A DNA stretch of 63,932 nt, counting the filler, from Dimargaris cristalligena (Eukaryota), in NCBI GenBank assembly GCA_003614675.1. It is 2 parts of 2 records of this genome, joined end to end, with 100 filler letters (N's around TTAATTAATTAA, not from the genome) between each part and the next. Parts side by side here need not be neighbours in the genome. Positions count along the whole stretch, not along the records: positions 32,019 to 63,932 come from ML002433.1; 1 more part is not named here. One strand, given 5' to 3'. The position numbers and the translations under genes are program-made. A model generated the notes under the pieces. The model searched no databases, had not been told where the DNA came from, and saw only the letters and a list, made by a program, of their open reading frames with translations. This document shows, in pieces, positions 51,936 to 63,932 of this stretch (its first letter is position 1; each line of letters starts with the position of its first letter).

Positions 51936-53841
51936 ATGGCCATTTTACGCATGCCACAATGGGTATTAAGGGTTCGGAAAGAGAGGACGTTCATCATGGT
52001 CGTTGTGGGCCTGGCCCTATTTACGTAAGTATTGTCTGATTTCCTGGGTTGTCCGTGCAGGGCGGGTTAATCGTAGATTTAACCTTCCGACATCTATATA
52101 TGACTGGCTATATTACCCAACACTAACTTACCAACTTCCTAACTAACCGCACCCATATCTGTGACTACTATTAACTATTGACACCGAATTTCCTCTAATG
52201 TGCATCCTTCAGTGATATGGCCATGTACGGAATAGTGGTATGTAAAAACAACCTACCTATATTGCCAAGTATACAAATTTACTCCAATATAAGACCATAT
52301 TCACCTTTTGCAGCATCTATAAATGATAAATACATTGAAGCCTCATACTAACCTCGGCAATTTACCCGATATCACCATTCCCTTATATCGGTATTCTGTA
52401 ATTAACCTATACAGGTCCCGGTACTTCCTTCGCTCCTCGAAGATATGGTCGACAATGTCAGTATGTCCAATGGTCTACTGACGGGGTCTTTCGGTAAGTC
52501 ATACAACTCGCACCTTTACTTGTTGCAACAGTACCAAGAAGTGACTAACCGTTGCATAAACCAGCATCACCGCACTGGATCGGTTTAACCCCCATGGCAA
52601 CTTTTGCTAACCACGCCACCCCCCTAACATTTTCCATCCCATGAAATGTCCGTTAATTTTAATCCTCGCCTCCTACAGCACTGGGCCTCCTGTTCGGTGC
52701 CCCTATATCCGGTAAATTAAGCGACGTGTATCGGAACCGGCAACTCCCCATGTGCATTGGCCTAGGCGCCCTCCTGCTCTCGACCATTATGTTTAGCCTC
52801 GCCAATGTCTACTGGTTGCTCATAGTGGCCCGGATTCTTCAAGGTGCGGCCAGTGGTGCTTCCTGGGCCGTGGGGTTCAGTATGGTAGCCGACGTGTACC
52901 CCCCGGAAAAGGCCGGCGTGGCAATGGGTACCATCATGGGCTGCAATACCCTGGGTCACCTCCTGGGACCGACCCTCGGCGGAGTTTTATTTGAAGCCGG
53001 TGGGCGCCACGCCCCTTTCATTTTCGGGGCCTGTTTAGCGCTCGTGGATTTATTGGCCCGGATAGTGGTGGGGGAGACCATCAACTGGAAGGTCACGCAT
53101 TTGCGCTCCGAAGACGGAACCGGACCCTATGTCGAAGCCCCCATGGTGAACCTGCCCTTCACCAAAATGATTGCTAGTTGGCGGGTCCTGGCCGTTTGTA
53201 TGGGTACGTTCGCGAGCGCCTCGGTACTCTCGGGAGTGGACCCTATTCTACCCTTGTTTCTGGAATCCACCTTCAACCTCAATCCCGGGTTAGTGGGCGT
53301 CGTGTTCATTGCCCTGGTGATCCCCAATGTTATCGTGTCCCCCGTCATTGGCTGGTTACTGGACCGGTTCAAGCCCAATCGCATTTATCTGATCAGTTTG
53401 GGTCTGGTCCTTATCGGAACCTTGTCCCCTATGATTACCCTAACTAAAACGTTAACCACCCATGTCGTTACGCTCGTTTTTCTGGGCGCCACGCTATCCG
53501 TGGCCCTCGCCCCGACTACCCCCGAGCTGCTCTACTATATGCATGATATGGGTAGCAATTCCTACGGGGTAGTGTACGCCCTATTCAATGTCGTTTTTTC
53601 ACTCGGCATGTTCGTCGGTCCAATCATGGCCGGCGCCTTATACGAGTCGACTAGTTTTTTGATCACTATGTTGGCACTCATGGGACTGATCTTATCCGTT
53701 GCCGTTGTGCTCGTTTGCGGGGAAACTTATAGGATTCTATTCCGTCGAACTCATTATCCAGTAGAGACAAAGGAGATCGAGGCTGAGACTGGAACTGGGA
53801 CTGAGTGTGAGGCTATGGTTGATGTGAAGGAACTGCCCTAA
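51936..53841 (+). CDS. MFS transporter, SLC18/vesicular amine transporter-like (451 aa); exons 51936-52024, 52213-52237, 52415-52493, 52679-53841
   Basis: Spliced N-terminus MAILRMPQWVLRVRKERTFIMVVVGLALFT|DMAMYGIV|VPVLP; motif A GKLSDVYRNR; ARILQGAASG; motif C GHLLGPTLGG; YGVVYALFN...GMFVGP. Confidence 0.9.
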
Positions 53842-54421
53842 AAGTTTGGCTTTGGGTTGGGCTCTGAGTCGATGTCCTTTTTCTATTTATCTCGGCCACC
53901 CATTGCTTTATTTCTAATCACTTATAATTTATGCTTCATAATTAAAGCCCTCGGCATAATCTTCATTGTGTATCATTCGCTAATCATAGTGAAATCACCC
54001 AGTTTATATCGAAATGGGGCATATGTGGAAGCTACTCAGCTCATCTATATAAGTCCTCAACGGAATGTAAATAGGAACAAGGGAGGCCTATTTCGGTCTG
54101 GCCGGGATTATGTGCCCTTGGAACCGGGCTTTTGGGCTAAAAGTAGAATTCGGCCAACCATACGTAAAAGTTCGCTTCACAAATGAATTTAAGACTTCAT
54201 TATCAGGCGAGTTGATGAAATAAAATCCTCTTTAATTTACAAGGCAACGTTAACCGAGGAATGGTCCCATTGGCAATATAATAATATTTACTCGTATTAC
54301 CATTTATTAAAGCAAAAAAAGGGGGGAGGTGTGAATCTTAGAATCCATAGGCGGAGAAATAGACTTTTAGGCCAAGACCAGCACAGAAAACGCCGGGGTT
54401 ACTCGCCAAATGTAATTTAAT

Positions 54422-54987
54422 TTAGGCATAGGGCATCAGTTTCTTCATGTGGTTATGGTAGGCGCTAGCTAGTACCAAGGGGTGCCGCGAAGCACGCCGA
54501 CGCATACCGCGCACTTTCCGGTTGAAATGGCCTCGGCTGGCGTGGGTGACACGGAATTCTCCGTGGGCGTTGAGACGGAAGCGCTTCTTGGTCCCCGAAT
54601 GAGTCTTCATCTTATATTTAGTGCGCACGGTTGTAAGCACGGAGCCCAGACCCAGGAAATTACTCGATGTGTTGCGGAAGAAGCCCGAGGCCTGGATAAG
54701 GGGGTTCCGGGGATTCGAATCGGCCCGCGTGGCCGACATCCAGCCCGACATAAAGCGGACAGGTCCGACCGGCGATAGAGTCCGGACTATGGGTGAGTGG
54801 GAAGGCGGTAGAGATGTACAAAGGCATGCACCAGTTAATACTAAATCAGTACCTGGTATTTCGTTATGAGAGAGCTTCCGTGGAGGCATCGACCTGATTA
54901 TCCAGTCGACATGGTATTGTCTGGAACACGCTGGTAGCGCGGACGCGAATGCTCACCTTTAGGAAGTAGACATCTGAGGAAATGCAT
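54422..54987 (-). CDS. Mitochondrial ribosomal protein bL35m (131 aa); exons 54987-54957, 54786-54422
   Basis: L35 signature KMKTHSGTKKRFR...RGHFNRK...KKLMPYA preceded by an Arg/Ser-rich presequence (MHFLRCLLPK|VRTLSP...). Phase-1 GT-AG intron. Confidence 0.9.
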
Positions 54988-55628
54988 ATTGAATACGAGA
55001 TGCGGGGAGCCTAACCGATCGAAATACGAAGCTACCTGGAGCGGGTAGGGCTAGAGTTACTCAGTTATAGGCGATGGAGGGTGAGGCCGTTGGCGGTCAA
55101 GCGCTCGATCAATGATCAGCTGGGGAAACGATCGAAAGGGGTCAATTAGACAAAGTATGAAATAGCTATAGAGGAAGTCCGCATCGAGTCAGAGCAATGA
55201 AGCCGATCAGCCGCTGGATTCCCCCATGCCTAATTCTCCCTGCCCTGGTGTCTACGTTTCCCAAATGGAGCAGACTCTCTGATTCACAAGGGCTGGGGAC
55301 TACTAGATCTATACGAGTAATCACACCCGCCCACATATATAAACCTATGGTCCCAGGATCCAGAGGGGTAAGGGGTAGGGCACCACGTGATCAGCCAAAT
55401 GGGGGAACTCCTATCATTCTTCCCTCATTGGGATTGCGGCGGACTTTGGCGGAGCGAAACCCACTTATGTGGAGTCTTTCCGATTCGCTGTTCCATCGTC
55501 TCATTACGCCACGGATTTCGTTGACCCACCTCTTTAAGTTTTACCATTCCCCATGTTTAACCTTGGACCACTCCAGACCATATTATCTCATTCCCGACTT
55601 TCCAATTGTGTTATTCTAAACTCGAAAA

Positions 55629-56345
55629 ATGGGTAAAGCCAAAGGTAGTAAAGCCCCGGCCAAGGGCAGTAAAGACGGTAAGCACTCGGCCTACAGACAA
55701 TTGTCAACTTGAGAACTAAGCAATGCGATTGCTTCTGAGACCGGCGGAAGGTATAAGCCCTCGGCCAAACGGTACGTGCGTAGAGTGGCGCGACATTCAA
55801 TACTAATACCCCACACCATTAAATACCACTACCTAAATATACTACTTGAATCATCACACAGCCTCGGACAAAGCAGGCAAACCGACCAAGTTGAAGGCCG
55901 CCACCAGTGTCAAGGTACTATATATATATGTGTGATGCTTCGACCTATAGAAGCATTTCACCATTCTATTAAATAATACACACGGATTCAGTTCCACTAA
56001 CCATACTTTTCGCCGCTAATGCTCAATGTGCCATATACGGGAATCGCTCGATATAACCTTCAGGTCCGCCACATTTTATGTGAAAAACACTCACGGGCCA
56101 TGGAGGCCCTGCAAAAAATCAAGGTCGATAATATGCGATTCGACAAGGTCGCCGAGCTCTATTCCGAGGATAAAGCCAAGCAAGGGGGGAGCCTGGGCTG
56201 GATGGTTCGTGGTTCCATGGTGGGGCCTTTCCAGGATGCCGCCTTCGCTCTGACTCCTAGCACCTGCGATGCTCCCAAACTCACCGACCCTCCCGTCAAA
56301 ACGGTCCATGGTTACCATATCATCATGGTGGAAGATCGGAAATAA
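55629..56345 (+). CDS. PIN4: Parvulin-type peptidyl-prolyl isomerase Par14/PIN4 (127 aa); exons 55629-55677, 55862-55914, 56064-56345
   Basis: Basic N-terminus MGKAKGSK, then [54 protein letters not shown] and [14 protein letters not shown]. Confidence 0.95.
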
Positions 56346-57195
56346 GTCTACACATGGCATGGGGGGCAACAGCGAAGTAAAAGAAATACATATATAAAAA
56401 TACCCATTGTACCGAGACACTAATTGGGGGGGGGATACCCCGGTTGAATTTTATAATTCAAGCTCGATTGAATCGGAAATTACATCAATTTAGTTAGTGT
56501 GGAGAAGGGGGGGGGTAGGAGGAGTCAACAAAGCGGCGGGTAGCGTTCAAAACTAAATCGCAATACAACGTATTATACTTTGACTACATCTCGACTTTGT
56601 TATTGTTTTTTTGCACGCGAGGTAAAGTCGAGCCCACTTAATTACATTGCAAGAGGCGGAGGCGGTTATAAAATGAACATGCGAATTATGCAAATAAAAT
56701 AAGAAAAAACAATGGAAAACGAACTAAAAGAACAGGTTGATAAAGGCAGTACCTAAAAATATAAATCAAAGAACTAGACAGATACCGAAATGGGGGCGAA
56801 GCGAAGTAATGAACATAGCGAAGATGAAGAAAATGACGAAGGCAAACTCACAGGTTGAAGCGAGGGAAATGTTAAAAATACGGTTAAAAAATTACTAGAA
56901 AAAGACACGGGTTGCGTAATTGGGCGTGTATTACCATCCCGAACAACCCCTTCGGTACATACAAAGACCAGTCTATAGACATGATTACCAGCCAGAGCGC
57001 TATACTGAAAGTGCACGTCAGTGGAAAAAAGAGTGAACTTGCAAACATATTGGGAATTGCATCTTGGCTCCGGATTTAGCGGGGTATCCTTCCCAGCTCG
57101 CGCTAGGAAAAACACAAAGTACATATATAAAATATAATAAACGGGTACGTCCTTGCAATCGGATGGCTTGTAAGGGAGGAACATGGCGAGGGGTG

Positions 57196-59153
57196 CTAAT
57201 AAAATCCAATTAGAATTACTAAGATTACGGTGCACGAATATCCTTGGTTAAGGGGTATTTTAAAGAGTAGGGATGGAACTCTGCATAATGACGTCAAGCT
57301 GATTATCCAAATCCTCGTGGGCCTGGTTTCCATTGGTGCCATTTTCCTGCTTCGGGACCATTTGCGAGGCGGCGTTATGGTAACCGATGCTATCCATTTG
57401 GGTAAAGAAATTAGCCGACGCTTGGTTGTGTTATTCGCATGGGCCGAACGGTGAATGGTATCGTCGGAACTGGTCAGCTGGTGTGGTGCACGGTAGTTCA
57501 TCTGCGTGTTATACAAATCCTGGGCGGAAGTAGTAGCTCCACGGCGAGTATCGGATTCTTGACTGAAATTGGGGCCAGTCGAGCCGTTCTGCAAGGCGAA
57601 GAGTATATGGACAAATGTATTGATGTAGGGGTGAATATGAGTAAATNNNNNNNNNNNNNNNNNNNNNNNNNNNNNAATATGGTAAGAGGGGGGGGGGGGG
57701 GTTCTGGGTAGACCTGGTGCCTGTAACTTTAGGTTAGGTATTTGTATTGATACAACAGTAGCTGGCGATTTGGCAAAGTGGGAATAGTTAAAAAAAAGGG
57801 GGGCGATAGAAAGGACGAGGGGGTAGGGGGAGAGGGGGGTGGGTGTGGGTGGCTAGCGCGATTTGGGACTAACAATACAGTAACTTAATATCTGTCGGTC
57901 GAGCTGCTTACCTGCTGTAGGGGGAACTGGGAATACATGGCCGATTGCATACTGGCCGAGAGGGATTCTTGAGCCCGATCGTAATTCTGGGCCTTGTGAA
58001 AAAGGTCGGTCCCAACACTTCCGGATGGGTACGAAACCGCACCAGAGGTAGCGGCACCATTCACGACCTGACGCTGGGCATTATTTTCGGCCTGCATATC
58101 AAAAACCTGGGCTGGGCTACCGTAGGACCAGCCGGTTAGACCAGTGGGAGCATGGCCGTGTCCGTGGGCAGTCTGGGCATTGTGGGCATGCGCATGGGGG
58201 TGGGCAGTGCCAGCACTAACGTTGGGGTTGGGGACGTTGGCGGTCATGGTGGGTCGATAGTGATAGTTGGAAGAGGGCATGTCCGAGCTGTAGGTCGCGC
58301 GGGCCATGCCAGATACGGCGGCGCGAGGAATGTTCCCCACCAAGGGCAAACCGTGGGCTGACATCATCTTGAGGTAAGAGTTGGCCCCGGGTACCCCGTA
58401 GCCCGGAAGGGACACCATGGGGTTCATGCCGTTGTACATAGGAAAGGACTGGACGTGGTTTTGGGCTAAGGACGAATCCATCATGAAGTCCTGACCCTCG
58501 ACACCCGTCTCGGGTGAGGAGTTGGGACCGGCGGCCCCATGCCCGCCGTGGTGGCCATGGGGATGGAGGTGCCCCGGGTGATGACCGTGGGGGTGCCGGT
58601 GGTGCTGATGATGGGGCACCATAGCGTGGTGATGGTGGTGGTGTTGCTGCTGTTGTTGTTGTTGCTGCAACTGATGATGGTGGTGCAGATGGCCGGGGTG
58701 AAGGTGGTTGTGGTGTTGGTGGCTCTGTTCTTTGGGTGGATTAGGGGGGATTTTACCATACTTTTTAACGTCATCTTCGTAACGCTTACGATCCTCCTCA
58801 GCCATTACCACAAAGGGGCGCTTATCATCCTCGTTCAACTGTTTCCATTCCTCACCCATTCGGCTGATGAATTCGCGGTGCCCAATGGCCAGCTCGTCCT
58901 CCGTACGCCTTTTGCGGCGGTCATTAACAAAATATATGAAGGAATTGCGGAAGCGCTTGTAAATTCGCTTGGGCTTCTCCTCATTCTTCACGGGTGAGTG
59001 GGGGTCCACTAGAGTAAAGGAGACCTGGGAGGTCGGCGACGCGGTTGACGAGGACCCATTCGACATGGCCGGCAGTGCCATTCCTGAGGGACTGTCCATA
59101 CCGGACATGGTTGCCATGCGGAAGTTTTCCGAGAGATCCATGAAGCTATTCAT
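57196..59153 (-). CDS. HMG-box protein with His/Gln-rich tail; main exon 59153-57912, probable further exon from 57588 (3' end uncertain; the unspliced ORF stops at 57885)
   Basis: HMG box KRFRNSFIYFVNDRR...ISRMGEEWKQLNEDDKRPFVVMAEEDRKRYEDD. Donor CAG|GTAAGC at 57912 and acceptor TTGCAG|AAC at 57588 join in phase 0 across a 30-N gap (57647-57676). Confidence 0.85.
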
Positions 59154-59726
59154 CTGTCGGAAATTTGCATTATTGGATCTTATGAATAGGGTGGTTAATG
59201 GTAGAGCTGCGGCTGAAGACCGGCCTCATTGAGAAGATGGAGTGCTGCAATTGGGATTATAATTATGAGTACAACTGGACTCGTGAACCCTCACTTACTA
59301 TGGTCGTCTTGCAACGTTCGAGGGTTGAATACTCTGTAGAGCGATACCACGGCAATGGCTAGCTAGTGGAATTGGCCTCCAACTTAGTGTAACAAGCAGT
59401 CACGCGGTTATTAAGTAGCAAACGTAATGAGACGGAATATGGAGGAGGGGGGGTTGGATGCCTGGCACCAGTAACTAGAATAGGGATCAAATGTGAATTA
59501 TCAATAAAAGAGTAGGGTTGCCGGCTGAGCCTGGTTGGCAAAGATTAATATTAAGCGATATTACGAATAAAGGAGCACAATAATGGACGTGGCTGATTGT
59601 AAACAAATGGTTAGAGTTGCAGAGAAATATAGAGATAGAGAGAATGACACAGTAAGAGTATAAGGTGGCCCAGCCGGTATATCAATAGTAGGGCCGAGAC
59701 AAGAAAGTGAGAGTATAGGAGAAGGG

Positions 59727-59766
<40 letters not shown>

Positions 59767-60204
59767 TTATAAGTGAAAGACGAACTAGATGGTTATATAG
59801 TGGTGGTGTATAATAGTGGGTTAGGGGAATGATTGGCAACGGGATGTTGATATACGTGCCCCTGAAAAGTAGTAACACACTCCGGTTTCGGCCTGGGTCG
59901 CGGGCCCTCTGGTCTACGGGGTCCTCTCTCCACTTCCTGGCCCAGCCTACGGTGTACACGGTCGACATGAGCCCACTTCACACTGTTAGTTTCCGACCTG
60001 TGTGCGCGATTTGGAAGAGAGGGAAGGGGGGTGGGTGGTGGGATGTGACGGGAGGGGGTTGGGAAAGTGAGGACGGCGTACTCAGCTAGGCGCATCATAT
60101 GAAGTGCTCTATGGGATTACTGGTTTCGGACCCCGTTCTACCATATCGGTGTCGACCCCAGACGCGATTGGGACCACCACGCGAACGGATAGGGGTTCGC
60201 TGTG

Positions 60205-60205
<1 letters not shown>

Positions 60206-60235
<30 letters not shown>
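60206..60235. repeat. (ATA)10 microsatellite
   Basis: Perfect trinucleotide run read directly. Confidence 0.9.
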
Positions 60236-63200
60236 GTTCGATGGATAGACTAAACGGTGGGTATATAACACCTATTTGCCTGCAGTCTTGTGTTTGGGTA
60301 TTATCAGAGCATGCCGTGGCTTGTCGCGCACAGCTATCCCTCAGCTAACGGGCAACCTACTTGTGGCGCTAAATTGAGTTATGAATGACTCAGTAGGTAC
60401 AAACCTACATCTCCCTTACTTACTAAGGCGACATGCTCCAGGATATACCTGGCCTATAGTTGGCGCTGTTGGCCATCTCCCCATTCGGCCTCCAACGGTC
60501 CTACAGGGCGCCACTATATAGGTATATATCTCCATACCAAGTAGCTATATCTCTGTAGTGCTGCATGTACCACTGGGCACACGTGCCGCGTGATGTGTGG
60601 TCTGGGCGAGTGGAAGTACGAAGGACAAAGAAACAGGAAATTGGAGAATCCACGGTTTCATTTCTTCGTTGAGCACCTACAACCGGTGCGTAATGCCAGA
60701 ACCGATCGAGGTCTTGGAAAAATACACGTCGGTAATACAAACCCCCCCCCCCACCATAGATACCAACCTCCCTAGCCAACCCACCCTTGAATCATGCATC
60801 CAAATGCACTTTTACATCCCTTGTCCTTTCCACCTAACATACCTCTACAGCTCCAATGATGTTTATTTTCTTGGCCATATGTGGTTTGTTACTCTAGGTG
60901 GCGACGCCTTTGGTATTTAGTGTCCATTCGATACGTCCCGTTCGGGGTGAAAGGGGGGGGCGTAGAAAGCGATGCGAAACCACCATAATCCAACTGCTAA
61001 ACACCGGATGCCGAGGGATGTATGTATTTAATGGAGTCCACATAGGCCCATGAATCAATTAACAGCACCTCGCAATTGGTATGCAAGGGGAAACCTCATT
61101 ACACCATCTCCTTGGTCCTAGAAGCCAATCGCTGAGGTTCCTCGTGGCTGTGGTTGACCTCCCTCCTCCTTCTCCTCCTCAATCATTAATGTGTTTTCTG
61201 CTCATACCCCCCCCTCCTCTGTCTTTCCTCCTTCCGGCGGATTAATATAGACGATTGGCTTATTATGTTATAAACTAGTTTGGCAGGTAATAAATGTACG
61301 AGCCAAACCATAAAACACGGGGCCAATTTCTTTAGGAACTAGGAAGATTTCCCCTCGTAGAAGCTAGCCGGTAGTGAAATGCATTGGTGACGGGGAAAAT
61401 TTCACTAAATCCAAAAATAATAGCCAGTCACTAATAACATTACTGCAGGACCGGCCCTTCCAAGATTACATAATAGGGGCGGAATATAAATATCGAGGGA
61501 ATTGATGGTACAGGGCCGGAGTCAAAATTTGAAACCGGCCGTCGTTTCAGCCCAGCGGGGGTATCAGAGATAACTAAATCGATACTTTACTCGCCGTCCA
61601 TGATCGCGTGCCGACGGTGGTTCATTGTCCGAATGAAACTTTAATGTTTGACTCAAATTACTGAGCCCCAAAGTTGGACCGCTGGAGGGACCGATGATAT
61701 CAGAGGCACATGCATTGGAGGGGGTAGCGATGCGTTTATATCTTGGCATTAGCAGGCGGGTTGTTTTCCGTCAATGACGTTTATCAGGCGCACCTATGGA
61801 CGGGAGGGGGGGGGTGAGGAGACTAGTGTGCTACTTGCGGCCCATTCGGTTTTGGATTAGTATTTCCTATCCAGTAACTAGGTAGATGAAAAACTCATTG
61901 GCCACCCAGAATCAAATGTGGTCGATCGATCTCTGGTTCATTTTGTAATTCAATAATCCCCTCGCAACATCTCCATGATCTCCTTGGTGCCCACTCCGAT
62001 TCAACGATGGCATGAAATATCATTCAAAACGGGTGCAGACCACTTGTCTAACCCCAGACGAGCGGTAATTGCCACTCCATACGGTGTTAAGCGATAGCAA
62101 ACCTATATTAATTAAAGCTGGGTATGGTGGGGCCCCTCGAGTTATACCAATCCACCGATTAAAAGCAGGTGCCTATTTATTTTCGTATTCCATAGTGTGG
62201 ATGCACTAGCTGACCCTTAGGATCCGTTTGGGTTCAGTTGGTAACTGGTCTCTCGCCCACACTAGCAGATGGTCCGTGGTGGGAGAGATGGGACAGGGGA
62301 GATAACATACGGTAGGTCTCTGCCCCTGAGAAACAATGGCCGGCTGTCCCTTTTTCCCATACAATCCACTCCGACTACGGTGGCCTAGAAGATGCGGGTT
62401 ATAGGATATTGACTGTTAGGGCATGCGAATCATTTTGCATAAATTAGTGCGCTTATATGCCGCTGTACCTTTAAAACCAGCATTATACGTATTCCACAAC
62501 ATAGTGCCAGTTTATTGGCCAGCTGTGTTCCTGGGTGCGGGAGTGAGGGGCTCCCGAATTGAAGCAGGTACTGAAGGAGTTACATTTGCCACGGTGAAAT
62601 TCCCATATCCAAAGTTGACTAGAAGATGCCCCAATGCGATCCCCCCTCCATCTCCTTCCTGGTGGGGTGGGGTAATATTTTCGCACCCTGTCCCTTCCTT
62701 TCCGATTTAGCCCCGCTCTCTCCACCTCCTCACTAGGACCGCTGTGCGTTTGGTACCAGGGGGTGTATACACGGACCGTCCCCTTTCTCCCCATGTGCAT
62801 ACTGGGCCTAAAAACTTACGGGACTATACCTACCCTGGCATGGAGAATCATTAGGGGCACCTCCCCTTCTCCAATCACACGTTTCACGGTCTATTTATTT
62901 TAGATGGCCTGGTTAAGGTCGCTCAGTTGCGTGTACCTTTTCTCCCCTTGAGCTGCCTTTCTACGGACGAATCGCACCCAAGCTGGTCCATATCGCATTC
63001 ACCCACTCCCGCAACAGTGGTCGCCCCTGGTAGGCCTGGGTCTTTCCCCTTTCCTCCGGGCAAAATCCATGGTTCGAAGGTGGAATACTGTAGCTGTAAC
63101 TGATGGTGGATGCCGCAAGCACAAAATTGAGTATGTCGCTGGAACCTGAACATGTACCAACTGGGATTGCCCCCGAATACAATTCATATACCTTCACCCC

Positions 63201-63932
63201 CTTTAACTATACTTCATGTAAGGGAAATCCTGGATTGCGTCCCCAGCTGTTGGATAACTTGTGTTAGGGTTAGGAAAGCCATCCCCTCCTCATTCAGGAA
63301 CAGTTAATATCACGTGATCTTCAAAGTGCCTATCCCCTTACCCTGAAATAGGTGGCTATTGAATGCCAACCGAACGGTATACCAAAACAGAACAACAGTT
63401 AGTGCACAGCATATGAGAGACTCAAGCCATTCGGAATGGCTAAGGGGTACACTACTGTTGCTCGAAGTGCCCCCACATTTCTTGACAGCAATGCCAGCTC
63501 ATTGAACGCTTTCTTGTAACTTAATACTGTAAACTGTACCTGTCGCCCTGCTAAATTTAAATATCCGCTATTGTACAAAGCGCCCTGCATTCCGACATTC
63601 CACCTGGTCCCGAATTCACAGCCTTCTCCCCCCAATTCTATACACCATGGTAACCACCATAGAGGATCTCGACATGCCGCGCGCCATCATAGTACGCCTG
63701 GTGAAGAGTGTGGTAAGTACATGTGTCTTTTAACCGACCATATCCCCCCCCCCCAAAAAAAAATAACAATCATTATATATACAATATGGCCCAGTTCGCG
63801 TGGCTTTGGCCCAATTGCCTGCTTTTAAACGCTGCTGCGAGAGGTGTCTTAATTGATTGTGTACTTCACCCCCCCCCCCCCCCCCCCCCTGCTGTACCCG
63901 CTCGTCTTTGTGACTTTTCTATTGCTATCCTT

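Noticed and set aside
57885-59153. HMG-box gene as a sexP/sexM mating-type locus
   Set aside because: No triose-phosphate transporter or RNA helicase gene is visible beside it in the window, and helix 3 (MAEEDRKRYEDD) looks HMGB-like rather than MATA-HMG-like.
59300-63932. Numerous 60-135 aa ORFs in the terminal region
   Set aside because: No codon bias or motifs; several are built from microsatellite or low-complexity sequence.

Overview
Eukaryotic (fungal) nuclear DNA with GT-AG introns. The protein sequences suggest an early-diverging fungus, possibly Zoopagomycota, but that is inference only. The window is two pieces joined by an artificial 100-bp spacer (44 N + TTAATTAATTAA + 44 N, 31919-32018), so linkage across that point is not established. 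The left part holds tRNA-Ala(AGC), a ZUP1/Mug105-type C78 peptidase, heat-shock factor, an uncharacterised membrane protein, an MFSD1-like transporter, Sm D2, an orphan secreted protein, 4-hydroxyphenylpyruvate dioxygenase (HPPD) and a CpG-free repeat relic. The right part holds an Ssk2/Wis4-type MAPKKK, an LMBR1-family protein, a MEF2/Rlm1-type MADS-box factor, a PGM2-type phosphomutase, an SLC18-like MFS transporter, mitoribosomal bL35m, parvulin PIN4 and an HMG-box protein. The standout observation is that the otherwise intact, strongly codon-biased HPPD gene has a single in-frame TAG (29894-29896) between its iron ligands, with no indel relative to homologues. It is a candidate for programmed readthrough or editing; a recent nonsense allele or a base-call error cannot be excluded from sequence alone.
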